A stretch of DNA of 63,813 bases, filler included, from Olpidium bornovanus S191 (Eukaryota; Fungi; Olpidiomycota): assembly GCA_017911155.1 (NCBI GenBank). It is 29 parts of 29 records of this genome, joined end to end, with 100 filler letters (N's around TTAATTAATTAA, not from the genome) between each part and the next. Parts side by side here need not be neighbours in the genome. Positions count along the whole stretch, not along the records: positions 34,859 to 38,769 come from JAEFCI010008908.1; positions 38,870 to 40,805 come from JAEFCI010012331.1; positions 40,906 to 42,066 come from JAEFCI010013453.1; positions 42,167 to 46,450 come from JAEFCI010001791.1; positions 46,551 to 48,372 come from JAEFCI010009086.1; 24 more parts are not named here. The stretch is one strand, 5' to 3'. Both the position numbers and the translations under genes were made by a program. Positions 37,801-48,472 of the stretch are shown piece after piece (positions within the stretch are counted from its first letter, which is position 1; each line of letters begins with the position of its first letter). Below the pieces are notes generated by a model. That model made no database searches. It saw only the letters and a program-made list of their open reading frames with translations, and was not told the DNA's origin.

Positions 37801-38769
37801 TTGGCCTCCTCCTTTTCCACCGTGTTGTGATAGGCCATGACCTTCCGGGTCAGGACCCCTACGCGGTTCTGCTGGCCGAGGTGGAAGCGAGTCATCTCCG
37901 TACGGTGGTTGAGCACAGTAGCGAGAAAATCGTGGTGCTTCTGCTTTTCGCGGCGGTCGCGTTCTGCGCGCTGTTGTCGCTCCAGGCGCTCCGTCATGCG
38001 GGCTTCCCGCAGGGACTGCTTTTTCATGCGCCGGTAGGCGGCCCGGTCGCCCTGCGTCACGAGCGTCGTCGCGCGGGTCATGCCTTTGACCATCTCCTCG
38101 CGCAGCCGGCGCTGCCGGCCGAGAAGTCGGAGCGCCTTCAGCTCGATGAGCGCCTTCAGTTTCGACGACCCGCTCGGCGCCACCTCCAGCATGGCATCGT
38201 CGAAGTACATCGGCCCGCCCAAGGCCTCGTTGCTGAGGTTGCTCGGCATTTCCTCCAGTTCACGGATCCGCTGGTCGATCCGAGTGCGAATCTGACGTTC
38301 ACGTTCCTGCGCGAGGGCGATCGGGTCCAACCCCACCGGGTTCAGGACCGGCACGATCATGCGCTGCTGCCTCGCGTTGTGAGCCAGGGTCTTCTTCAGC
38401 TGCGCGTACGCCGGAGAAAAGCCGCTGTACTTCTGCGCTATCGCGGGGAACTTGGTCGGCTTCTGCGCAGGTGCGGAGGTAGCCGGAGGCGGCTCATGGT
38501 GCGTAACAGCCGCCTCGACTATCTTTTTCGAGAGGTCGCCAGAGGCCGGGGACACCGCCGGAATACTGGATACCGGAGGACCCAGACTGAAAACCGCTTC
38601 CTGGAGATTGCCCGGGAGAGGGAGGTTTCTCGATATGAACTTGTACGCCATGATTTGAAGCCTCAGGGCAGAGAGCTGGGCTTGGGTGTACGGGTGCGTC
38701 GCCGAACCAGGGGCAGCTTTTGACGATTGCGAAGCCTGGGCCGCTGTCCCAGACGGGGCGCCTCTATTG
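34859..38769 (-). CDS. SNF2: SWI/SNF-family chromatin remodelling ATPase (Snf2/Sth1/Brm), both ends truncated
   Basis: QLQ ([13 protein letters not shown]); HSA; [36 protein letters not shown]; [10 protein letters not shown]; [20 protein letters not shown]; [11 protein letters not shown]; SnAC-like [20 protein letters not shown]. Confidence 0.97.
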
Positions 38770-39094
38770 NNNNNNNNNNNNNNNNNNNNNNNNNNNNNNN
38801 NNNNNNNNNNNNNTTAATTAATTAANNNNNNNNNNNNNNNNNNNNNNNNNNNNNNNNNNNNNNNNNNNNAAGGGCCGAAGCGCAGGAAAGCGCAGGCGAC
38901 ATTCGAGATCAGAGAGGCGCAAGAGCAAATGCGCCCCGGCCGCCAAACGTGCGTGAGGCCACGACTTTAAGACGAAGACCTTGATCATGTTTTCTTTTTC
39001 TTTGGTCCGAAAGTCCGGCGGCAAAAAAAAATGGGGGAAAAACAAAAGATAAAGCCGTTCCGCTTAGAATCCTGAAGCGTCCGCCTGAACGCAC

Positions 39095-39599
39095 AAGATG
39101 ACGTCCACGAGGTCGACGATGTTCTGGTGTGGTTTCAGCCGCCGCAAGGCCTGGATCTCCCTGAGGCCTTCCACTTCTTCGAAGCTGTTGAAATGCTTCC
39201 GAAACCGTTTCATCGCGTAGACCTTTGAAGTTTTGCGATGCTTCACCTTGAGCACCTCGCTGTTCCGTTGGAAACGGGGTTGCGGGGTGGGCGTCAAAAC
39301 CGGAAGCATTTGCGGGGGAAAGAAGGCTGGGAGGGGAGTTTGAATTCGACTGTCCCCTAGATAGGAGTCCGAGGGGGGGGGGGGGGGCGTCAGATCACCT
39401 GAATGTTCCCGCACCCAGCTTGCACAAAAGGCGAAAATCTAGAAAGCGGTGCCCGATCGCTCGCGCAGTCAGCAGACGATTCCGAGAAGCGTGTCGTTTT
39501 CATTTTCCTTTTTTTTCCGCTTAATTTTTTTTTTTTTTTGGTTTTTCGCGGAAGGGGGGGGGGGGGGGGGGGAAGGGGGGGCATGGCACCACCTTCCAT
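39095..39599 (-). CDS. MOK: MOK/RAGE-type (MAK/ICK/MOK group) CMGC kinase, N-terminal exons (39593-39599, 39399-39438, 39095-39259)
   Basis: Spliced MEDFRLLCKLGAGTFSEVLKVKHRKTSKVYAMKRFRKHFNSFEEVEGLREIQALRRLKPHQNIVDLVDVI. GTFSEV and LREIQALRRL.PH.NI match MOK as recalled. Confidence 0.82.
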
Positions 39600-40959
39600 C
39601 TACGCCGAAGTTTCGCCCGGAAACCAGCGGCCGACGACCGGGGGAGACGCCCGGGTGGGGTATTTTAGTTGGCGGTGACGAAATTTTTTTTTTCTCCCTT
39701 TTTTTTTCTTTTTTTTTTTTTTTTTTTTTTTTTTGCTTTGCTTTTTTTCTTGGCCGCTACGTCGCGCGGTCCGCCGAAGGTCGGTACCCCGCTGGCCGTG
39801 GACAGGTGCGTATGTGATTTTTTCTGCCGGCGGGAGCTCCGCGGCGGGCGTTCGGGCGGCCGGCGGGCGGCTCGGAAAGCCGCGCGAAGCGGCCGGCGGG
39901 CGCCCGCGGAACGGGGATTCCCGCGGTTGTGCGCAGGGGGGGAGGGGGAGCGCCCGGAGCGGACGGCGCGCCCGCGTTCCGCCCGTGGAGACGCCCCCGG
40001 GTCCGGGGCCGGGTCCGGGTCGAAGCGAGGCGGGTTGCGGGGCGAAGCGAGCCGGCCGTCCGTCGGTCGTTTTTCATGGGCCGCCTTGTTTTCGCCGTTC
40101 ACGCTGCCCATGAGAGGAAATGCGAGACCCCCGCGGCCCCCGTTTGAGTAAATACGGCAGAAAAGGAAAGTCCTGGTTTCCGGCGGCACCGCCCACCCCC
40201 GCCCCGCCCCCCGCCCCCCGGCCCCTCCCCCCTCGCTTCCTCACCCCGCCTCCTCCACCCCCTTCCCCCACTTCCAGCCTTCGTCCAGCCGGAAGAAACT
40301 CGGAAGCGCCTACCCCTTCTCCCCTTTGGCCTACTCCCGGGGGGCGGGCGGTGCGTGCGTGCGGGCCGGGGAGTGGCAGCCGCCAACCGCCCCGGGAGTA
40401 TATTGGGCAGGGGCCGGGGGACTCGGCGGTTTCTCTGTTACCCAGGGAACGGGCCAGGTCGGCCAGGTCCGGTCAGGGGGGGGGGGAAAGAAGAGCGGGG
40501 GGAGTCGGAGATTTTCCGACGACCCGCCGGTAGAACAACTGGCGCACGCCGCTGTCCGGACGCGGCGCAGAGACATCTGACCCACCTGGCATTGGGCCGC
40601 GCTCCTCACGCCCGGGCGGCAGGCACGCGTCGGCCGCGTTGGCGCCCGTGTCAACGCTCGTCCCGTCGGCCGACAACGACCCACCCCCCCCCCAAAAAAA
40701 AAAAAAACAAAAAGAAAAATAAAAAAACCAAAAAAACATAAAGAAATGGCCGGGCCCTCCGAACGTTCCAGGCGCCGCGGTCCGGGCGGCGCCATCTACG
40801 AGGCCNNNNNNNNNNNNNNNNNNNNNNNNNNNNNNNNNNNNNNNNNNNNTTAATTAATTAANNNNNNNNNNNNNNNNNNNNNNNNNNNNNNNNNNNNNNN
40901 NNNNNCCCGCCAAATCAGTCACGTGACACACACGAAATGTGCGTCAACAATCGCGGCGC

Positions 40960-41235
40960 TCCTTCTCTGCGCCGCCGCCGCGGCGCTCTGCGCCGCCGTC
41001 GCGGGGCGCGGCGCCATCTCGGCGCTCCTTCTCATGCGCTCTGCGTCACCGTCGCGGTGCTCTGCGCCGTTGCCGCGGCGCTCTGCGCCGCCATCTCGGG
41101 GCGCGGCGCCATCTCGGCGATCTCTCTGGCCGCCAGCTCGGCGCTCTGCGCCACTGCCGCGGCACTCTCTGCCGCCGTCGCGGCGCGCGGCGCCATCTTG
41201 GTGCTCTCGCTCCTTCTCTGCGCCATCTCGGCACG
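40960..41235. repeat. GC-rich imperfect tandem array (gcggcgccatctcggc / ctctgcgccgcc units)
   Basis: gcgccatct recurs four times, interleaved with several ctctgcgcc units. Confidence 0.8.
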
Positions 41236-41595
41236 TTTTTTCTCTCTCCGGACGGGAACGCTGTTCCCGCAGGGCCGCCTCTCGCGGACCCCTTAAGCTA
41301 AAGCTACCGGCTCTCGCCGGGCGGAAAGCGCCTTTCGCGCTTCCTCCAACCGCGGGTAAACCCGCTTGGCCGTGCCCCGGAGAGCCGGGACTCCGCCCAG
41401 GTTCCACACACCCCCACTCTCTCGCCTCGAACACGCGGTGGATAATGGGTTCCATCCCACATCGCCATCCCCATCCCCCCATCCCACGCATCCTAAGCGA
41501 ACTCCCGTCAACCCGACGGCAAGCCCATTCCATCGTCAAGTGCGCTGAAGTAGAAAAATCAGGCTTCTAGGTGACGTCATTCGATTGGATGTGAT

Positions 41596-41643
41596 GTGCC
41601 AATTTACCGCGCCGAGGTGCCAATTTACCGCGTCGAGATGCCA
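41596..41643. repeat. 21-bp tandem duplication (gtgccaatttaccgcgYcgag)
   Basis: Two units at 41596 and 41617, plus a partial third. Confidence 0.9.
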
Positions 41644-41906
41644 GAAGAGACGGACGGGAAGCCGATGATTGCGCGGGCAAGCAGCGCTGAAGGCTGCGAC
41701 AGTGCCGGCATAAGGTCTTCGAATAATTTAATTAATGGGTTGAGGACCAATTAAGGAGGGCAGCCGAGGGAGGACACGTGAAGTGCTGCCAATTCAGCGA
41801 GTCGAACGGCCACGGATCACGGGCGGGGAGCCACCATATAGTTGACGCGTCGCACCGCACACATAGACCCCCCTGCTTTTGACTCTGTTCCAACGTTCTC
41901 TGTTCA

Positions 41907-41942
<36 letters not shown>

Positions 41943-43095
41943 CCCCCCCCCCACCCCCCCCCCCCTCCCCGTCCCAGAAAAAAACAAACCGCCCCTTCCC
42001 TCTCTCGTCGGAGGGAGATTCCCCCATCCCCCCTTTCCCTCTGCGCTTATCGAACAGAGTAGTGCCNNNNNNNNNNNNNNNNNNNNNNNNNNNNNNNNNN
42101 NNNNNNNNNNTTAATTAATTAANNNNNNNNNNNNNNNNNNNNNNNNNNNNNNNNNNNNNNNNNNNNATATAGTACGTGGCAGTTCGCGCAGCTCAACAGA
42201 TGCCAAGTGCCAGCAATAGATGCGTGGATTTAGTAGTTGAAACCGTTTGAAAACGCGTGATAGCAATAGCAGTGGCGTCCTGCCATGTACGAGCCGTGTC
42301 AGAGACACTCTGATCCAGAATCCAGCGAGCGGGCGTGCGGGGCGGGCTGGGCACGAGGACCGGGCGGGTGGGGCTGACGGTGGCCGGGGGAGGTGCGGCG
42401 CACAATTGCCCCACCCAAACGAGACTACCAATCCACGACAAGACACCGAGACAAAACTCGCTGGCCACCAGATCAAAAGCTAGAATCAGCCAAAAGAGGA
42501 ATTTGATCTGGCTAAAATCGTTACTAAGGAACCAGGGTAAGTGAATGCCGCAGAACTGTAAACCATACCAGAAAGCATGGTGGAAAGGCTTTAAATGGAG
42601 GAAAAGAGGCCATGTCTGATGGGTCCATGCATGGGCCCATTTTCCTCAGCGTGTGAGACGGAGAGGAAACGCCCCCATGGTTGCATGACGATGGAAGGAA
42701 GGAAAATTGGGAAGACGTTGCGTACGTTGCCTTTAGCGCGGTTCAGAAGGAAGGAAGGAAGAATATGGGGGGGGGGGGGGGAGGACGGCCATGGTCAGCA
42801 TACTTTTCGCTAATATGGGGGCTGACTTTAAACTGTGATTGCTCCTCACAGGGTCACCAGTTCAAAACGTCTCCCGGCTCGTTCAAAAGGCCTGTTCAAG
42901 GGCCTTAAAATCCTAAGATCATTCCGGTACCGGTCAGCCGTCGCTGAGATCCAACAGTTCTATGTCAGGAGTCATATTCACGCTGAACATGCTCGGAAAG
43001 GTCCTACGTGGCGTACGTGACGACGAGTTGGTCAAAACCTTTGAATTTTTTGACGCTTTGGAAGGAAGGACGGAGGAAAGCGGGGGGGATGACCT

Positions 43096-43130
<35 letters not shown>

Positions 43131-44505
43131 GGCTCGCCGAAAGAAAAAAGGGGTGGCGGCGGAAGGCGGCGTTTTTGTGCCAGGTCTGCCCGGCTCCACC
43201 CTCTAAACTAGTGTGGGGGACAGCGGGGGTGAGTGGCGGCCAACCGGGTTCTGCTGGGCCACAAAATGGGCCTAAACCCACTGTCGGCGGGAAACAAATA
43301 CGTAATGATGGCCATCGTCGGCGGCTCGTGACGACTTGCAGCCTACTTCCTCCCGACAAAAAAGGATAATGGTAACTCAGCCGCTGTCACCGACTACATC
43401 ACATTCTTGGAGCGGGTGACCGGCCGCAAGCTCTTGGTTCATCGATCCGATCACGGCGGGGAATTTCTCGGTGGTCGCTACACCGAGGTGTTCCGCAGCC
43501 GCGGGATCACGCAAGAAACGATAATACGAGAGACACCAGAATAGAATGGCGGCGCGAAACGTGTCGGCCGGACCACCCAAGGTCACGTGCGCGCAATCAT
43601 GATTGCGGCACATCTACCCATCAAGTTGTGGGACGAGATCTGGGGTGCGTGCGCCCACCTCTACAATCGGTCACCGCACTCCAGGATTGACGGCCTGCTC
43701 CCGCACCCCAGGATTGACGGCCTGCTCCTGCACGTGGTCTTCCACCATGGCGAAGATGCCGTTATTCACCCGGTCAATCTTGACTACGTACGCATTCTCG
43801 GCTTGATCGTTTATGCGCATCTACCTAAAGCGCATCGCGCCAAGGACACCTCCGGCAAGTTGGCACCAACGGGCGAAAAGTTCATTCTCGTTGGCTACCC
43901 TGCCGGGCCAAAGGGCTACCGACTCTGGGATCCTCGTACCGACCACATCATCGATAGACACGATGTCACCATTGACGAATCTTGCAAGTATGATCCTGCT
44001 GAATTTGGTCAACCATCGGTTAACAACCGACTAGAGGCGACTGATGTGCCCGATTCGCCCAAGGAAGAATATGAGGTCGAACGTGTTGTCTGCCATATTT
44101 GGGACGGCAGTGTACCGCGGTTCAACATCAAATGGTGCAACTACCCAATTAGCCCATTGACCTACGAACCGTTCGATCATCTCCTCAACGCAGCGTCAAA
44201 GGTTTCCAAATATTGTCGACATCACAAGATACCTGTGCCGGGCCACAACATGGACTCCGCTTCCGCCCAAATCAGCGTTGCCACGTTTGCCGCCCAGGCA
44301 GGCAGCGGCCATGAGATTACCTACCCGCCAGAGCCGACCACTTACGCGGCTGCCATGGCATCTCTCAAGGCTGCATGTTGGCAAGACGCGATGTAGGCTG
44401 AACACGACGCGCTTTGGTCATTTCCCACATTTCGTAAGGTCGCCCGGCCGGCTGATCGTCATATCCTCTAGGGCAAATGAGTCTACAAGCGGAAGCTGCA
44501 CCCGG

Positions 44506-45115
44506 TGTGGAAGAAAAAGCCAACCAAGCCCTATTGGTGGTAAGGGTGTGCTGGAGGGACAGCGGCGTCAAGCTGAGACTTGGGCGGAGCCGTCACATCG
44601 CTCAGGAGGGGACCTGCATTCTCCGAGTATGCGAGTCACTTCTCCAACTGGTACCAATGATTGGAGGATGCCGAGAGTACACGGTGAAGGCAATGTGTGA
44701 CGCAGTGGCTAACACGAGTCCGCGGCAGGGCGAACAGGACAACGCGTCACGGGGGAGGGTACTGTAATTAAAAGAGGCTACGCGTAAAACCCCAACCCCT
44801 GTTCACGCGCGAATTCCGGTCGCAAAACTCGCACCGCTCCACTCTCCGCCGAGGAGAACCCCGCCGCCGCCGAGGCGAGACTTCGTCTTAGAGAATAGAG
44901 AACACGACGTTCAGAACCCCCATCTACCTTGCCGCCGAGGCGAGTAATTTCAGAGAATAGTTTGGTGTATTTGGGCCCCGTTCAGAGTAGCCGCCAAGGC
45001 ATAGAAAGAAGAGAAAGGAGACAGAGAAAAGAAGAAAACAGACACCCGGCCTTAGCACCCCAGCGGTCGCCGAAAGAGACTGCCTTTGGGACAAGCAGAG
45101 CCATTCTTGCCCACA
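44506..45115. mobile_element. 610-bp nested insertion (solo-LTR-like) inside the copia RT
   Basis: TGTGG...CCACA termini; flanks CCGG/CCAG (4-bp TSD, one mismatch). Excision restores YKRKLHPDGRVAKYKAR in frame. Confidence 0.8.
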
Positions 45116-45625
45116 CCAGACGGCCGTGTCGCAAAATACAAGGCACGATACGTCGCGCATGGGTTCATGCAAACAAAGGGCATTGACTATCACGAGACGT
45201 TTTTACCGGTTGTATCAGCACCGGCTCTACGATCTATCATCGCGCTCGCATCACGACATCATTGGCCGATCCGGCAGGTCTGGCCTACCTCAATGGTCGC
45301 CTAGATGTCGATATCTACATGAAACAAATCGAAGGATGTGCTGATGACTCCAGTGACGTACTGCAGCTATTTCGCGTGCTTTACGGTTTATAGCAGTCAG
45401 GTCGGGTCTGGAATCAGGCTCTCGACGCAGAACTGCTCCGTCTTGACTTTACGGCTCTCCGGTCGCCGCTCGAGGGGGGGGCAGAGACAGACAATCAACA
45501 GACCAGCACCGCCGACGAACGGGTGACCTTGACGGGCGAATGGGTGACCTTGACACATTTGGCATTCCTCGCGTGATCATCGCGGTGTTCATCGCTGATC
45601 TTATAATCACTGGCTCAGATGATAC

Positions 45626-45989
45626 TGTGGCGGGCCCGCCGAGAAGGACCACCGACGGGGGCTCAAGGCGGGTTCTCTTTACGAAGACGATTGTTTAGCT
45701 TCGGGGCTCGGGGAGGGTGCGAGAGGGGAGATGGAGGTGGCCGGTGGTGTGTGCTCTTTAGCCGGTGGTATGTTCTCTTTACCGGTCGTCGGCGCCGGCG
45801 GGGTGTTGTGTTCACCGGTCACGGCGGCAGCGCCGGTGAGGGGGGGTGGCGCTATTCTAGGGGGGGAGCTAGCACTGCCGGCGAGTCGGGGACCACCTGC
45901 AACAACACCCCGGCGGCACAGTCTGCCACTCTGGACTACACCACGGCGGCACAGCGGCACAGTCCGCCGGTGCGGCACAGCCCGTGACA
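45626..45989. mobile_element. 364-bp solo LTR nested in the copia RT
   Basis: TGTGGCGGGC...GCCCGTGACA termini; perfect 5-bp TSD GATAC. Excision restores ITGSDDTAITAMESRLEQKFKM in frame. Confidence 0.88.
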
Positions 45990-47253
45990 GATACGGCGAT
46001 CACCGCAATGGAATCTCGACTTGAACAGAAATTCAAAATGACCAAAGGGCAAAATTTCTCGTTCATTCTCGGCATCTGTATCAGCACATCCTCGACGGCT
46101 CGCTCTCTCCCTCAGCTGTTGGAGCGATTCTCGATGCTGGACGCCCGCGCGGCTGTGACCCCGTTTGAGAGCGGTGCAGTCGAACAGCTGAGCATCCAAT
46201 TGACGTTCACGGAAAATCTAGACGATGACGCCGACAAAGAGATCTCCTGCTACGCAGAGGTCATTGGTTCTCTTCTCTGGCTGTCAACAATGACGAGACC
46301 AGACATCAGCTTTGTGACGTCCTTCCTCGCATGATTCACAGCCAATCCGCACCCAAAGCATTGGAACGGCGCGAAGCGCGTTCTCAGATATTTACGCCGG
46401 ACGTTGCACCACGGGATTTGCTACCATATCGGCGACAATACCGCAAAAAANNNNNNNNNNNNNNNNNNNNNNNNNNNNNNNNNNNNNNNNNNNNTTAATT
46501 AATTAANNNNNNNNNNNNNNNNNNNNNNNNNNNNNNNNNNNNNNNNNNNNCACGGAAATGATCAATATGCGGAGATTGTCTACCGTATGGGAGCTAGAGT
46601 CGCAATGAGGATGATATTGAGGAGCGCGTATATTTTTACCCACGTCATAAACCACTGTTGCTTACGGCATGGAACCGAATCCATATTGTTCATAGACTGC
46701 ATCATGTATCCACCATAATCTTACGGTCGCTCGTTCGGCCGAGGAGCGTTGTGGAAACTTCAGTCCCGGCCACCTGTTACCCTTTTTGGAATACACCAAC
46801 AGAATATCGAGACACAACAAAAAAAAGAAACAATCCCGGCGTGCGTGCGTTCGTGCGTGGCAAAAAGAGAGAGACGCCGCCCGCGAGCCGCCTTCCCGAA
46901 TCGCCCGGCCCAAAAACCGTTGAGCCTCTGTCCCCAATAAAAATAAAAACAAGGCGCCTCTTTAGGGGGGCTTTCTTTGTTTTACCTGGCTCGAAAGCGG
47001 CAGCCGCGTGTTTTTCCCCAAATTGCGCTCAATTTACCTCCCAAATGCGCTTGCAATTTTCTTTGACCTCCGTCAAATTGTGGGATGCGGCGTGAAACGG
47101 AAGTCAAACAAAACGCTACTGCCCCAAACGAAAGGAACCTGGCCCCGAAACGCGCAGTTTTTTTGTTTTTTTTTTTTTTTTTTTTTTTTTTTTGGCGTGT
47201 ACCGGATATATTTATCCCCGCGCAGGCGGTAATAAGGGTCGCCAAACCCGAAT

Positions 47254-47959
47254 TCAGCCGAAGATGAGCTCGTATACGATGACGAGGGTATTAATGGCGA
47301 TAAGCGGCACTGTTTGCCGGGAGGCGGTGGGAGGGGTGGGAACCGGTTTATCGGAGGAGACCCGGGCCATTCGAGCAAAAGAGAGCAGCGGCTCCTTTTA
47401 GCTTTCCGGCCGGTCAAAGTGTAACCGAGAAGAAACCGACTGAGGGTGCGGGGAATTTTTGGCCCGACATCCCCCGTTCCGCGGCACGATAAAAGAAACA
47501 CCTGGTAGAAAGCAACCTACGCCTGAGTAACGTCCGCGTTGCCGACATCAAGCCAATCAACTTCGCCTTGACGCTCTGACTCTGCTCGCCACCAAAACCG
47601 GCGTTTTGTTCGGGATAATTTCCCCAGCCGACTGAACGACGGGCGAGGTCGGGGAAGGAGAGGGAGGGTGGTTAGCGAAAGCGGGGGTGGTGCCGCCCCC
47701 TCCGCCCTTCCCCCTCCCCCCAACATCCTCCCCACATCCTCCCCGTTCTCCGAGGGCACTTTCTACCATTTTTTTTTTCTTCTGGAGAGGCCTTTCGCGT
47801 TTGGCGGGGAGGACCAGCCGGAAGGGCCCCCCAGAAACGAACGAACGCGGGTGGCACACACTCACGCGGGGCGAGGAACCGCTCCTCGTTCAGCACCGCA
47901 ACGGCGTTGACGAGCAGGAGCAAAACGTAAAAGAGGTTGCCTAGGACGGCGAAGGCCAT
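47254..47959 (-). CDS. YOS1: Yos1/IER3IP1 ER-Golgi transport protein, complete, 3 exons
   Basis: MAFAVLGNLFYVLLLLVNAVAVLNEERFLA|GW...SVKAKLIGLMSATRTLLR|LPLIAINTLVIVYELIFG*. Confidence 0.93.
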
Positions 47960-48331
47960 GACAGCCTATAGTTTTTGTTATTCTCTCTCGTGGTTCTCTG
48001 TCGTGGTTCTCTCTCGCTCCGTATTTCCCCCCTCCGCGGGGGGGTGCGGAGAGAGGGCGGCAGTACACAGAGAGACTGGCAAAACACGGAAGCGAGAACA
48101 ACGCCCGCGACGCGGGAGGCGGGGACGCGGGGACGCGGGGAGGGCGGGGCGGGTGTGTGTGTGGCGCCGGCGCAGGCTTTGGCGAAGGACGGGGCGAGCG
48201 AGAGTCTTCCTCAATCTCTGTCCTGCCTCAGTCTCTTCCCTGCCTGGGGGTGGGGAGACGGGGGGTGATGGGCCCCGGTTCGTGTCCGTCGAGGGTAAGG
48301 GCAGCAAAGCGCCGCCGCCAAGAGGAAGGAG

Positions 48332-48372
<41 letters not shown>

Positions 48373-48472
48373 NNNNNNNNNNNNNNNNNNNNNNNNNNNN
48401 NNNNNNNNNNNNNNNNTTAATTAATTAANNNNNNNNNNNNNNNNNNNNNNNNNNNNNNNNNNNNNNNNNNNN

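Larger units (their letters stand above)
42900..46450 (+). mobile_element. Degenerate Ty1/copia retrotransposon pol: integrase - SH3-like - chromodomain - reverse transcriptase
   Basis: Integrase GGNKYVM..., RSDHGGEF, TPE*NGG, YNRSPH; SH3-like LVGYPAGPKGYRLWDP...RHDVTIDE; chromodomain at 44064-44213; RT EPTTYAAAM, KYKARYVAHGFMQTKGIDYHETF, AYLNGRLDVDIYM, LYGL*QSGRVW, VFIADLIITG, VIGSLLWLSTMTRPDIS, AKRVLRYL. Several stops and frameshifts. Confidence 0.93.

Noticed and set aside
37077-38723. 548-aa plus-strand ORF, and similar long ORFs such as 25808-26716 (-)
   Set aside because: Antisense shadows of GC3-rich genes (SNF2, the CocE hydrolase); composition is typical of shadow frames.
42167-42900. 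Possible gag/protease of the chromo-copia
   Set aside because: Only weak fragments; a WILD-like motif occurs on the opposite strand. Not supportable.
44064-44213. Chromodomain as a remnant of a nested Gypsy chromovirus
   Set aside because: It is in frame between the copia SH3-like module and the copia RT start, with no flanking Gypsy integrase (GPY/F), LTR or TSD. Kept as a native copia domain pending checks.
47510-47530. Possible GC-AG intron in YOS1
   Set aside because: A canonical GT donor three bases away (AGGC|gtaggt) gives the correct phase.
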